Of a stretch of 64,000 bases of DNA, positions 29,988 through 39,935 are shown one piece after another (positions within the stretch are counted from its first letter, which is position 1; each line of letters starts with the position of its first letter). This stretch comes from Parcubacteria group bacterium LiPW_41. Lineage in GTDB: Bacteria > Patescibacteriota > Minisyncoccia > UBA6257 > GWB1-50-10. The notes under the pieces were generated by a model. That model was not told the origin of the DNA, made no database searches, and worked only from the letters and a program-made list of their open reading frames with translations. The translations under genes were made by a program, and so were the position numbers. The stretch spans positions 103,462 to 167,461 of the forward strand of contig VMEM01000001.1 of the NCBI GenBank assembly GCA_007375535.1, given 5' to 3'.

Positions 29988-31097
29988 ATGAAATGTATTA
30001 TATTAAAGAATAACTTAATAGAAGGATTAACTGCTGTTGAAAGATCAATTGGTTTTTCATCTAATCTTCCAATTTTGAAAGATGTATTAATTAAAACAAT
30101 TCAAGGAAAGATTGTTTTTGTTGCAACAAATTTGGAATTAGCAGTTACCGAGATAATATCCGGAAAAGTTATTGAAGAGGGTGTTGTTGCAGTTCCTTTT
30201 TCTATTTTTTCCTCAGTGGCAAAAAACCTTACCTCGGATAGAATTACCTTAGAAGAAAAACAAGGAAATCTTTTAATTATCACCGATAATTATGAAGCGG
30301 TTGTACAAGGACATGATGTAAAAGAATTTCCTATAATTCCCACGCTTTCAACAAAAGATTTTTTTGTAAAACTTGATATTAAATTATTTGTAGAAATTTT
30401 AGAAAAAGCGATAATTGCAACACAATATTCTGAAATACGACCAGAAATAAGCGGTGTTTTTTTAAAGTTTTCTCGTGACCACCTCATAGTAGCTGCAACT
30501 GACAGTTTTCGCCTTGCAGAACGCGTTATAAGCTCAAATCAGGCATCCTCAACATTCGAAGAGTCTTCAGTAATAGTTCCTTTTAAAACCGCCGAAGAGT
30601 TACTCAGAATTTTAAAAAATGAAAAAGGTGAAATCGTGATAAAAAACGATGAAGGTCAAATAGTATTTACAACAGAAAAAACTGAAATGGTTTCTCGTGC
30701 AGTAGATGGAGTTTTTCCTGAATATAAAGCGATAATTCCAAAAACAACAGAAAATGAAATAGTAATTGAACGAACTGAATTTATTAATGCATTAAAACTA
30801 GCAAGTAGTTTTTCTGGTAAAACAAACGATATTACAGTAACAGTAGGTGAGAATAAAAAATACCTTGAGTTATCTTCAGCTGATGCTGCACTTGGAAATA
30901 ATTGTTATAAAATTCCAATAAAATTTAAAGGAGAACCACTATCAGTTGTTTTTAACTGGAGATTTTTATTAGATGGTTTAAAAATCTATTCTTCAAAAGA
31001 AGTGAGTATTGGAATTAATACACCAGAAAGACCAGCGGTTATTAAATCGCAGGGGGAGCAAGAAGTTGTGTATGTTGTTATGCCAATCAGAAACTAA
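29988..31097 (+). CDS. dnaN: DNA polymerase III beta clamp
   Basis: ATNLE, AATDSFRLAE, FPEYKAIIP, VVMPI; downstream of dnaA. Confidence 0.96.
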   Translation: MKCIILKNNLIEGLTAVERSIGFSSNLPILKDVLIKTIQGKIVFVATNLELAVTEIISGKVIEEGVVAVPFSIFSSVAKNLTSDRITLEEKQGNLLIITDNYEAVVQGHDVKEFPIIPTLSTKDFFVKLDIKLFVEILEKAIIATQYSEIRPEISGVFLKFSRDHLIVAATDSFRLAERVISSNQASSTFEESSVIVPFKTAEELLRILKNEKGEIVIKNDEGQIVFTTEKTEMVSRAVDGVFPEYKAIIPKTTENEIVIERTEFINALKLASSFSGKTNDITVTVGENKKYLELSSADAALGNNCYKIPIKFKGEPLSVVFNWRFLLDGLKIYSSKEVSIGINTPERPAVIKSQGEQEVVYVVMPIRN

Positions 31098-33544
31098 TTC
31101 TGAGAACGATAAATAATTGTTGATGCAGTAGCCTCGTTTCCTGAAACATTTTTTGCTTTTAATTCGAAAATATTTTGCGATTCAAGAGAACCAGAATAAT
31201 TAAATGAATATACATATGCATTTCCAGAAATAGGGAATGATTGTATTTTATTTTTGTTTACGTACAACTCAACTTGTTGAAGTTCAACATTCGGAGAAAC
31301 TATTTTCCCTTTTATAACAAGAGGACTTCTAAGAAATGATCCTGTTTTTGGTTCCATATAAGTGATTCCAATTGGTCCAGAAAATGAATAAGAAGAGCCT
31401 AATTGTTTTAAAGGAAGTCCAGAACCTTTTGCCCACGCCGACACTGCATCTTCCCAATTTTGATATTGTGAATCATTCCAAGGTTCTGTAGGAATTGGGC
31501 CTTGAGGATTATTTTTATCAACAAAATGAAGAAGAGAGTGAATTCCATAAGAACTTCTCCATTCACCATTTAACATAGGTTTTTCTGGAAGTTGTAGTGA
31601 CTCGTTTTTAGTGAAAAACTCAGGTTCAAATTGTTTTAAAGCGTCTTTTAGGAAGGCATTCCACATTGGTATTGCTGCTAAAATACTACTTCCCTGACTG
31701 TGCATTGCGGTATTATTATTATTTCCTGCCCACACACCAATAACTAGATTTGGTGTATATCCAAAAGCCCAAGCATCACGATAATCCTGAGTAGTTCCCG
31801 TTTTTAAAGCAACATCATATCCATCAAAATAAGTAAGACCTAAACTCGATTGAAAAATTGGCGAGCGCAACTCAGTATTTGATAAAATAGAATTTATCTC
31901 TCTTACATATGTTTCGTCAAAAACTCGTTCGCTTTTATCTTTATATTCTTCAAGAACCTCTCCATTTGATGTTTCGATTTTTAAAATCACCGTTTGTTCG
32001 TGAAGTACTCCTTCTTGTGAGAGTACCGAATATGCTTTCACAAGCTCTATAGGACGGACTTCTCCTCCTCCGAGTGTTAGGGTGAGCCCATATCGAGATT
32101 TATCCTTTAAAGTGGTAATTCCAAAAGAAGTAAGATTTTTTATAACCGAATCAAGACCGACAAGATATAGTGTTTTTACTGCTGGGACATTTAAGGATTG
32201 TGCTAATGCTTGTTCCATAAAAACAGGACCACGAAACTCTCCATCAAAGTTTTTTGGACGATAACTATATTCTGGTACTCCCCGAGTATCAAATTCTGTT
32301 TCAACATCAAATAAAACAGTTTTTGGAGAAAAACCACGAGAAAAAGCAGTGAGATAGACAAAAGGTTTAAGCGCTGATCCTGGTTGTCTTTGTCCTTGAA
32401 TTGCAACATTAAAATTTCCATCAAAAAGACAACTTACTCCAGCTGCGCAACCTTTTGGTTCCGCATCTGCAAAGTAATCTTTTGAACCAACAAGTGTCAA
32501 AATTTGTCCGGTTTTGGGATCTTGGGCTATAAGCGCAGCGTTTGTTCCTCCATACGCTTTAGAATTTTTTTCTGCACCATCTTTTACTACTTGTTCAGCA
32601 AGTGTTTGTAATTTTACATCAAGAGTTGTAATAACTTTTAACCCACCATTCATTACGAGAGTTTCTCCATATTTTTGCACTAAATAATCTCTTACTGCGA
32701 GAGTAAAATGAGGAGCAATAATTTTTCCCAATGATGGGGGAGCAAAGGAAAGTTTTTCTTTCTTTGCTAATTCCGCTGTCTCTTTGTTTATATATCCAAC
32801 ATCTTCCATGCGAGACAAAACATAATCTCTTCGAGCGAATAATTCTTGTTTGTGGCTTCCCCAAGGTGAAAAATAAGAAGGGGCTTTTATCATTCCAGCA
32901 AGAAGAGCCGCCTCGCTCACTGTAATATCCTTTACTGATTTATTAAAATACAACTGCGATGCCGATTCGATTCCGTATGCAGTTGATCCATATGGTATTT
33001 GATTTAAATAAAAACCAAAAATTTCATCTTTTGAATATTTTGATTCAAGTTGTATTGCGAGAATTAATTCTTTTATTTTTCTTGTGTAGGTTCTTTCATC
33101 AGAAAGAAGTGTTTTTTTAACTAATTGTTGTGTTATAGTAGATCCTCCTTGAGTTATCTCTCCCGATTTTATATTGTTCCACATTGCTCGAGCAATTGCC
33201 TTCAAATCAAATGCCGGTTGAGTATAAAAATCATTATCTTCAGCAGCGAGAGTTGCTTTTTTTACTATCTCAGGTATTTCAGAAAAAGGAACAATTGTTC
33301 TTTTTTCATCACCATGAATCTCATAAATTAATATTTTACCAGTTCTATCATATAGTTTTGTTGTTTGATTTATTGAACGCTCACCAAAATTTTCTGGAGA
33401 AGGGAGTTTTTGTAGTGTAAGAATAAAAAAAACAAAAACAACAACAATACAAGCAATGATTCCAAAAAAGAATGTTGCAAAAAAAAGAGGATATTTTCTC
33501 TTTTTGTTTTTTATAAAACCACTAATAGAGCGCTTTCGTATCAT
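31094..33544 (-). CDS. Class A penicillin-binding protein (transglycosylase/transpeptidase) with C-terminal Ig-like domain
   Basis: AAEDNDF, GGSTITQQ, RKIKE; SALK, SLN and KTGT transpeptidase motifs. Confidence 0.93.
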   Translation of the reverse strand: MIRKRSISGFIKNKKRKYPLFFATFFFGIIACIVVVFVFFILTLQKLPSPENFGERSINQTTKLYDRTGKILIYEIHGDEKRTIVPFSEIPEIVKKATLAAEDNDFYTQPAFDLKAIARAMWNNIKSGEITQGGSTITQQLVKKTLLSDERTYTRKIKELILAIQLESKYSKDEIFGFYLNQIPYGSTAYGIESASQLYFNKSVKDITVSEAALLAGMIKAPSYFSPWGSHKQELFARRDYVLSRMEDVGYINKETAELAKKEKLSFAPPSLGKIIAPHFTLAVRDYLVQKYGETLVMNGGLKVITTLDVKLQTLAEQVVKDGAEKNSKAYGGTNAALIAQDPKTGQILTLVGSKDYFADAEPKGCAAGVSCLFDGNFNVAIQGQRQPGSALKPFVYLTAFSRGFSPKTVLFDVETEFDTRGVPEYSYRPKNFDGEFRGPVFMEQALAQSLNVPAVKTLYLVGLDSVIKNLTSFGITTLKDKSRYGLTLTLGGGEVRPIELVKAYSVLSQEGVLHEQTVILKIETSNGEVLEEYKDKSERVFDETYVREINSILSNTELRSPIFQSSLGLTYFDGYDVALKTGTTQDYRDAWAFGYTPNLVIGVWAGNNNNTAMHSQGSSILAAIPMWNAFLKDALKQFEPEFFTKNESLQLPEKPMLNGEWRSSYGIHSLLHFVDKNNPQGPIPTEPWNDSQYQNWEDAVSAWAKGSGLPLKQLGSSYSFSGPIGITYMEPKTGSFLRSPLVIKGKIVSPNVELQQVELYVNKNKIQSFPISGNAYVYSFNYSGSLESQNIFELKAKNVSGNEATASTIIYRSQN

Positions 33545-33564
33545 ATAAGTATTATTATAAAGAA

Positions 33565-33599
33565 AAATAACCCCTCGCGGTAATACGAGGGGAATATTT
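33565..33599 (-). terminator. Terminator after the small acidic ORF
   Basis: CCCCTCG...CGAGGGG stem with T tract on the minus strand. Confidence 0.65.
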
Positions 33600-33600
33600 C

Positions 33601-33744
33601 TTAATATTGGTTATCTTCATCTTCGTCGGAAAACGATTCTATATCTAATTTGTCCTCTCCAATTCCTTCTTTAATTGGATCGAACTCCTCATCTAGAAAT
33701 CCCTCTTCTCCAGTTAAGATGCCGTCGTTTTGCAATTTTCGCAT
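33601..33744 (-). CDS. Small very acidic protein, 47 aa (not in the ORF track)
   Basis: MRKLQNDGILTGEEGFLDEEFDPIKEGIGEDKLDIESFSDEDEDNQY*; own promoter TTGACA-16-TATACT (33834-33807) and terminator. Confidence 0.65.
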   Translation of the reverse strand: MRKLQNDGILTGEEGFLDEEFDPIKEGIGEDKLDIESFSDEDEDNQY

Positions 33745-33888
33745 TGTATAAAAATGTATGTTGTTTTCGACCTAGAAAACCCAATGGGTTACATACAATG
33801 AAAATCAGTATAGTAAAAATAGAAAAAGTGTCAACCGCGTGCCCAACCAACTCATTTACAATAATATAAGAAAATCAAAACAGAAAAA

Positions 33889-34365
33889 CTATTTTTCAAG
33901 ACCATTTTTAGACAAACCAGCAAATGCTGCGGCAATCGCGTCTGTTGAATCATCTAAAACAAGAGAAAGATCAGTTTTTAAAAACAAAGAGAGCATTTTT
34001 TTAACCGCATTTTTGGAAGCAGAGCCATTTCCAGTAGATGCAATTTTTATTTGATTTGGAGTTAATTCTAAAACCGGAATTTTATATTCTGTAAGTGTTT
34101 GGATGATAACTCCTCTTGCCTCAGACACTAAGAGAGCGGTTTTTTGATTTTTTGAAAAAAATAATAATTCAACAACTGCACGGTCGGGTTTTTCATTTTT
34201 TATTATAGAAATCAAAGAGTTTCTAATAAAACACAAACGATCACCTTGTGTTTTTTTATTTTCTGATAGAACACCAAAACTGGCGAGTTTTAAGAAAGAA
34301 TTTTCACTTATTATGATTCCAAATCCCGCACGCACAGTTCCAGGATCTATTCCGAGAATTTTCAT
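33889..34365 (-). CDS. ruvC: Holliday junction resolvase RuvC
   Basis: ILGIDPG, VVELLFF, EARGV, DDSTDA. Confidence 0.95.
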   Translation of the reverse strand: MKILGIDPGTVRAGFGIIISENSFLKLASFGVLSENKKTQGDRLCFIRNSLISIIKNEKPDRAVVELLFFSKNQKTALLVSEARGVIIQTLTEYKIPVLELTPNQIKIASTGNGSASKNAVKKMLSLFLKTDLSLVLDDSTDAIAAAFAGLSKNGLEK

Positions 34366-34367
34366 AG

Positions 34368-35678
34368 TTAAAAACCAACTTTTGATACCTCTCGTTGTGG
34401 GACAAGTGTTTTATCGGTTGGAATTAAAATGGAGAATGTGGTTCCTCTATTTATTTCGGAGGAAACCTCAATTTTCCCACCGTGTTGTTCAATAATATTT
34501 TTTGCTATATAAAGACCGAGCCCACTTCCATTTGGTTCCATTTGCACAACGTTTGATCCACGATGAAGTTTTTGAAAAAGTTTTTGAAGATCTGCTTGTG
34601 GAATACCAACACCAGTATCAGAGATTGCAACTTTAATATATGGTTTTGATTCAATTGGAAACACAGAAATTAGAATTCTTCCATTTTTTGTGTTATATCG
34701 TATCGCATTATCTATAAGGTTGAGAAATACCGCACTCAATCTATTTTCGTCGATATAAACAAACACTGATTCAGAAAAACTTTCAAATTGTATCGACACT
34801 GAATATGCCTCGGCGAGCGATTTCATGTCAGCGGCAATTTTTTTCAAAAACGGAATTAAATCAGAATCTTTGAATGTGTATCCAAAACGGCCCTCCTCAA
34901 TTTTTGAAACATCTAGTAGATCGTTTGTAATCTTTGTTGCCCTATTTGCTACCGACAGCGCCTCTTTTGCTATAGGATAGATTGTTTCATTCCCTTTGCT
35001 ATATTCAACAATGTTTTCGAGGGCCCAGTGAAGTGCAGTGACGGGGGTTCTAAGTTGGTGTGCCGCTACATTAATAAAGTCTGTTTTTGCCTCAAGAACA
35101 CTTTTTTCTCTTGTGTTGTCTTTTATAACTTTCAAAAAACCAATAATATCTCCATCTTCTGTAACAACTTGGCTTAAAACAGTCTCAAGCTCGAGACGCG
35201 GAAAATCAAGAGAAATTGTTACAATTTGTGGCCAAACCCCAGGGTCTGATTTTTGTACTGCCGCAGGCGCGAGCGATGGAAATAAAACTTGTATGAGTGG
35301 TTTTAGTTCGTGTGTTGATGCGAGACCGGGTTCCATTTGTTTGTTTAAAACAATTTCTTTTGAAACACCAAAAAGCGATTCAGCAGCCTTATTGAATGTT
35401 TTAATAACAAAATTTGTATCATATACAATTATCCCGTCGTGTAAATATTCAACGAGCGCCTCTTTTTCTTTGTCTTTGAATTTTGTTTCAAAAGACAACT
35501 TAGTTATTTTTAAAAAAGCACTAAATGACATCCACGCTATACAAAAAAAGAAGAAAAGACCACCACCCAAAACAACAAAAGTATTATTGATAAAAAAAAG
35601 ACAAAGAATGAAGAATGCGCACGCAAGAACAAAAGAAAAAGAGCGCATTTCTTTTGATTTTATAAAAGATTTATTCAT
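34368..35678 (-). CDS. Membrane sensor histidine kinase with PAS domain
   Basis: AAHQLRTP H-box, NLIDNAIRY, DTGVGI, GSGLGL. Confidence 0.92.
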   Translation of the reverse strand: MNKSFIKSKEMRSFSFVLACAFFILCLFFINNTFVVLGGGLFFFFCIAWMSFSAFLKITKLSFETKFKDKEKEALVEYLHDGIIVYDTNFVIKTFNKAAESLFGVSKEIVLNKQMEPGLASTHELKPLIQVLFPSLAPAAVQKSDPGVWPQIVTISLDFPRLELETVLSQVVTEDGDIIGFLKVIKDNTREKSVLEAKTDFINVAAHQLRTPVTALHWALENIVEYSKGNETIYPIAKEALSVANRATKITNDLLDVSKIEEGRFGYTFKDSDLIPFLKKIAADMKSLAEAYSVSIQFESFSESVFVYIDENRLSAVFLNLIDNAIRYNTKNGRILISVFPIESKPYIKVAISDTGVGIPQADLQKLFQKLHRGSNVVQMEPNGSGLGLYIAKNIIEQHGGKIEVSSEINRGTTFSILIPTDKTLVPQREVSKVGF

Positions 35679-38064
35679 GTGTATTAGGAAAAGACTCCAT
35701 AGATCCCCACAGTGTACCAACTTTTACATCAACAACTAATGGCACGGATATGTGTTCTACACCTTCCATACATTGTTTAATTTTTGTGGATATTACATTT
35801 ATGATATCATTTTTTACTTCAAGGAGTAGTTCGTCGTGGATAGTAAGAAGGGGAAACACAGTATTTGAGTAGCCCTCCGTCTCGATAAGAGAAGAAACAG
35901 AAATAATTGATTTTTTCATAATATCCGCGCCAAAACTTTGAAGTGGCATATTAATTATTGCTCGCTCAAGTTCTTGAAAGCGGTCTTCAGAGAATAAGCG
36001 TCTTCTCCCGTGTACATTTTTTACATACCCATCACGTTTTGCAGATTCTTTTATTTTTTCCTGCCAAACAGATACCGCGGGAAATGAAGTAAAATATTCA
36101 GTCATAAATTTTTTTGCTTCTTCAATGCTTACCCCACTAGTTTTCGAAAAAGCCCGTGGTCCCATTCCATAGATAACCCCAAAATTAAGTGTTTTTCCTA
36201 TTCTTCTCTCTTGTTTTGTAACCAGCTCAGGTGTTTTGTTGAATATTTTCGATGCGGTAATTGAGTGTATATCTTTATTTTCATTAAAGGCCTGAATGAG
36301 GGTTGTGTCTTTTGATTCGTGGGCAAGTAGGCGAAGTTCAAGTTGAGAATAATCAAAAGAGAGAAATGTATGTGTTTCCCTAGAAACAAAAGAATTCCTT
36401 ATTTGTTTAGACCAAACAGACTCTTGTGGAATATTTTGTAAATTTGGTTTTTCAGAGGATAATCTGCCAGTTCCAGTTCCTGTTTGTAGATATGTAGTGT
36501 GTATTATTTCATCGGAAGATATAGACAAAAGTGGTTCTACGAAACCAGAATGGATTTTTGCATATTCTCTATAAAGTAATATTTTTTCAACAATTGGATG
36601 CGCAGAAGAAACTGATTCAAGCGTTTCTTTGTCGGTTTTAATTTGTCCTGTTTTTGTTTTTTTTGTTTTTCCAAAAACACCAAGTTCTTGAAGTGTTTCA
36701 CCAACCTGCTTTGGGGATGATATATTAAATTGAATTCCCGCTAGGGCTATTATTTCTTTTTCTAGATTGGAGAGTTTTTCTATTATTTCCTTTTTTAACT
36801 CAATTAATACACTTTTATTTGTTTTAATTCCCAAATATTCCATTTTTGCTAGAAGGGGAATCAAAGGCATTTCAAATTGTGTGTATATAGAAAAAAGTTC
36901 TTCTTTTTTTAATTTTTGGATAAAAATAGAAGCAAGTTGTTGTATAGATTCTTTATCTTGTATGACAGCATCCTTTTTTAAATATTTTTTTACAAGTTGT
37001 GTATATGAAGATTTTGGCGCGTCTGGGTCTAATAACCAACACATTATTGATATGTCGAAAATATTTTTTGGAATTTGTATTTTTTCTTTAATACAATCTT
37101 TGCATATTTGTTTCCAATCAAACGCAGCATAAAAACAGGATTCATCCTCTATATCAGAATAAGAAAGCACTGGAGATGTTTTTATTTGGTCTTTTTCCTC
37201 TTCCTCCATTTTCTCTGGAAGAAGATTTTTAAATCCAAGCGTCGAAAAAAATGTTCTTGCATTAGGATTTTCTTCTATTGGGTGATATATAAAATCAGAT
37301 AAAGATTTTTCGATTGTTATATCTTTTTTAATTGTTGCGAGATATTTTGAAAGGAGGGCGATGTCTTTTTGTAATATTATTTTTTTAAGTAAAGGATCAG
37401 CTGGATTTTCGTTTTTAAATATATCCTCGACGGTTGAGAATTGAGAGAGAAGCTTAAGAGCTGTTTTTGGTCCGACACCAGATATTCCAGGTATATTATC
37501 CGATGCGTCTCCAACCAACCCTTTATAATCCACAACTCTATTTGGGTGTACTCCAAGTTTTTCAAAAACCCCATTTTCAGTATATTCTTTCATCTCTCCC
37601 AATCCCTTTTGTGGTGTTTTTACTGAGATGAAGCCATCACGGACAAGCTGAAGAGAATCAAGGTCTCCAGTTAATATAGTTATATGAACATCTTCTGATG
37701 CAAATTTTTCTGCAAGTGTGCCAATAATGTCGTCTGCCTCAAACCCCGGTTTATCAACAACTGGTATAGAGAGTACAGAAAAAAGGTTTCTTGCAATTTC
37801 AAACTGCGAAATAAGTTCGTCTGGAGCTTTTGGACGATTTGCTTTGTATTCACTAAATTTTGATTTTCTAAATGTTTCCTCTGGTCTATCAAATGCTGCG
37901 GCAACATAGTCTGGGTTGTGATCTTTTAGTGTTTTTATAAGTGCTCGTGTGAGGCCATACACTGCACCAATTGGTTTTCCATCTGGTGTGGTGAGTGGGG
38001 GAAGTGCGTGAAAGGCGCGGTGAATGAGTGCGTGCGAATCAATAAGAAGAAATTCTTTTTTCAT
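35671..38064 (-). CDS. polA: DNA polymerase I
   Basis: 5'-3' exonuclease motifs (HRAFHA, EADD, GDASDNIPG) and polymerase motifs DYSQLELR, KTLNFGVIYG, IHDEL. Confidence 0.96.
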   Translation of the reverse strand: MKKEFLLIDSHALIHRAFHALPPLTTPDGKPIGAVYGLTRALIKTLKDHNPDYVAAAFDRPEETFRKSKFSEYKANRPKAPDELISQFEIARNLFSVLSIPVVDKPGFEADDIIGTLAEKFASEDVHITILTGDLDSLQLVRDGFISVKTPQKGLGEMKEYTENGVFEKLGVHPNRVVDYKGLVGDASDNIPGISGVGPKTALKLLSQFSTVEDIFKNENPADPLLKKIILQKDIALLSKYLATIKKDITIEKSLSDFIYHPIEENPNARTFFSTLGFKNLLPEKMEEEEKDQIKTSPVLSYSDIEDESCFYAAFDWKQICKDCIKEKIQIPKNIFDISIMCWLLDPDAPKSSYTQLVKKYLKKDAVIQDKESIQQLASIFIQKLKKEELFSIYTQFEMPLIPLLAKMEYLGIKTNKSVLIELKKEIIEKLSNLEKEIIALAGIQFNISSPKQVGETLQELGVFGKTKKTKTGQIKTDKETLESVSSAHPIVEKILLYREYAKIHSGFVEPLLSISSDEIIHTTYLQTGTGTGRLSSEKPNLQNIPQESVWSKQIRNSFVSRETHTFLSFDYSQLELRLLAHESKDTTLIQAFNENKDIHSITASKIFNKTPELVTKQERRIGKTLNFGVIYGMGPRAFSKTSGVSIEEAKKFMTEYFTSFPAVSVWQEKIKESAKRDGYVKNVHGRRRLFSEDRFQELERAIINMPLQSFGADIMKKSIISVSSLIETEGYSNTVFPLLTIHDELLLEVKNDIINVISTKIKQCMEGVEHISVPLVVDVKVGTLWGSMESFPNTHE

Positions 38065-38537
38065 TATTTTTTTATTTTTGTTGTTATTAGTCTTGTTCTA
38101 TCTTTTTTATGTTTCAAGGTTACAACACAAAACGGTTTTATTTTTTTTGATGAAATATTTTTTATCCACTCGATGAGAATTATTGAGTGGGAATCATTTA
38201 AAATTTTTTCTATCTCTAGTGAGTGCAAGTCCTTAAATGAGGAAAGTCTATATGCATCAATATGAACAAGTGTGGAATAATGTGTTTTTGTTGGAAAGCG
38301 TTTCATTAGAACAAATGTCGGACTGGTGATTTTCTTTTTTATACCAAAAGCGAGTGCAACCCCTTTTGTTAGTGTTGTTTTCCCAGCTCCCAAGTCTCCA
38401 CAAAGACTAACAATTCGAGCCCCCTTTGTTGTGGGAAGTGTGTTTATAAAAAAACCAAATTTTTTTCCAAATTCTATGGTGTCTTCAGTAGAAGAGGATA
38501 CAAATGATTTTGGAAACGAAGCGCCTTTTTCTTTCAT
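38064..38537 (-). CDS. tsaE: t6A biosynthesis ATPase TsaE
   Basis: GDLGAGKTT, SPTF, HIDAYRL, IEW. Confidence 0.94.
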   Translation of the reverse strand: MKEKGASFPKSFVSSSTEDTIEFGKKFGFFINTLPTTKGARIVSLCGDLGAGKTTLTKGVALAFGIKKKITSPTFVLMKRFPTKTHYSTLVHIDAYRLSSFKDLHSLEIEKILNDSHSIILIEWIKNISSKKIKPFCVVTLKHKKDRTRLITTKIKK

Positions 38538-38539
38538 AA

Positions 38540-39544
38540 TTAAAATAACCCCCCTTCTTTTTCTTTGTATCCTAAAAGCTCATATGCTAGCTTCGTTGCT
38601 ATTCTTCCTCCAGGGGTTCTGTGGAGCAAGCCAATTTTAATAAGAAATGGCTCATACACATCTTCTATTGTTCCCGGTTCTTCGTTGAGTGCTGCACCAA
38701 GTGATTTCAATCCAACAGGGCCGCCGTTAAACTTTTCAATAATTATTGAAAGTATTTCTCTGTCTGTTTTATCTAATCCAAACTCATCAATTTCAAAAAG
38801 TTCCAATGTTTTGTATACCGCGTTTACATCAATAGCATTATTGTTGTATATCTGCGCATAATCTCTTGCTCGTTTTAATAATCGATTCGCGGTTCTTGGT
38901 GTAAAGCGAGATGCGTGAGCAAGTTTTTCTGATGCTTCTTTTTTTATTGTAATACCAAGTATTTTTGCTGATTGCTCTATAATTTTTTGTATATCTTCCG
39001 CGTTGTAGTAGTCGAGTCGAAATGTTGCACCAAAACGAGATCGAAGCGGGGCAGAGAGTAGGTTTGCACGCGTTGTTGCTGCAATAATGGTGAATGGGGG
39101 AAGATCAAGAGAAAATGTTCGTGCAGATGGTCCCTTTCCAACAATAAGGTGTATTTTTCTTGATTCCATCGCTGGATATAAAATTTCTTCTATTGCTGTA
39201 TTTACTCTGTGCGCCTCATCAATAAAAAGAATATCATGTGGTTCAAGGTTGGTAAGAAGCGCAGCAACATCTCCTGCTTTTTCAAGAGCGGGGCCCGATG
39301 TTGATCTTATTTGTGTGTTTAATTCTTTTGCAACAAGATATGCAAGTGTTGTTTTTCCAAGTCCTGGTTGTCCATAAAACAACATGTGATCAGGAGCCTC
39401 TCCTCGTGCTTTTGCTGCATCGATAATTAAACGAATATTTGTTTTTGTTGTTTCTTGTCCAACATACTCATCCCAACGTGATGGACGAAGGGTTGCGTCA
39501 AAAGTTCCGTCAAAAGTTTCTTGAATTTTCTGCTCCTGTTCCAT
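38540..39544 (-). CDS. ruvB: Holliday junction helicase RuvB
   Basis: LRP..WDEYVGQ, GQPGLGKTT, PLRSRFG, RTPGGR. Confidence 0.97.
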   Translation of the reverse strand: MEQEQKIQETFDGTFDATLRPSRWDEYVGQETTKTNIRLIIDAAKARGEAPDHMLFYGQPGLGKTTLAYLVAKELNTQIRSTSGPALEKAGDVAALLTNLEPHDILFIDEAHRVNTAIEEILYPAMESRKIHLIVGKGPSARTFSLDLPPFTIIAATTRANLLSAPLRSRFGATFRLDYYNAEDIQKIIEQSAKILGITIKKEASEKLAHASRFTPRTANRLLKRARDYAQIYNNNAIDVNAVYKTLELFEIDEFGLDKTDREILSIIIEKFNGGPVGLKSLGAALNEEPGTIEDVYEPFLIKIGLLHRTPGGRIATKLAYELLGYKEKEGGLF

Positions 39545-39691
39545 TGATAGTATTACTATACGCTAATTATTTAATGTTTTAAATAGGGGACAACACCAAA
39601 AAAGTGAGATTTAAAGGGCTTAAAAGTCTCTTGACAAGCAAAATAAACCACTATATAAATGTACAAGCCTTTAGAAGATAAAGGTACCCTA

Positions 39692-39720
39692 TTGACAAAA
39701 TACTGGATGTGTGATAGTAT
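39692..39720 (+). promoter_or_regulatory. Sigma70-type promoter of the putative ncRNA
   Basis: TTGACA-17 nt-TAGTAT with extended TGn; a second TTGACA lies at 39631. Confidence 0.7.
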
Positions 39721-39726
39721 TTGATT

Positions 39727-39898
39727 ACAATCGTTCATTTATACCTGTGGGCAAACGGATTCGTTTCTTAAACATTTAAAGGACTTTTTGGTTTCGGCTG
39801 GAAAACTCCTCGGAGACATCCGCTCTTTTCTCATGCTCATATGAGAAAAGTTTTTAAAACAAGCCTAACGGCGTGCTGCCCACAGATATAAGTGAATG
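39727..39898 (+). ncRNA. Putative structured ncRNA of about 170 nt, possibly 6S RNA
   Basis: Closing stem TTCATTTATACCTGTGGGCA / TGCCCACAGATATAAGTGAA (19 of 20 paired), internal hairpin CTTTTCTCAT/ATGAGAAAAG, flanking promoter and terminator, no convincing ORF. Confidence 0.6.
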
Positions 39899-39934
39899 AA
39901 AACCCCGCTGGTCCATGGACGAGCGGGGTTGTTT
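39899..39934. terminator. Terminator between the ncRNA and convergent pilB
   Basis: AACCCCGCT-GGTCCATGGACG-AGCGGGGTT. Confidence 0.75.
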
Positions 39935-39935
39935 A

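Noticed and set aside
39727-39898. RNase P RNA or SRP RNA
   Set aside because: Lacks the GAGGAAAGUCC and the CAGG..GGAA..AGCAG signatures
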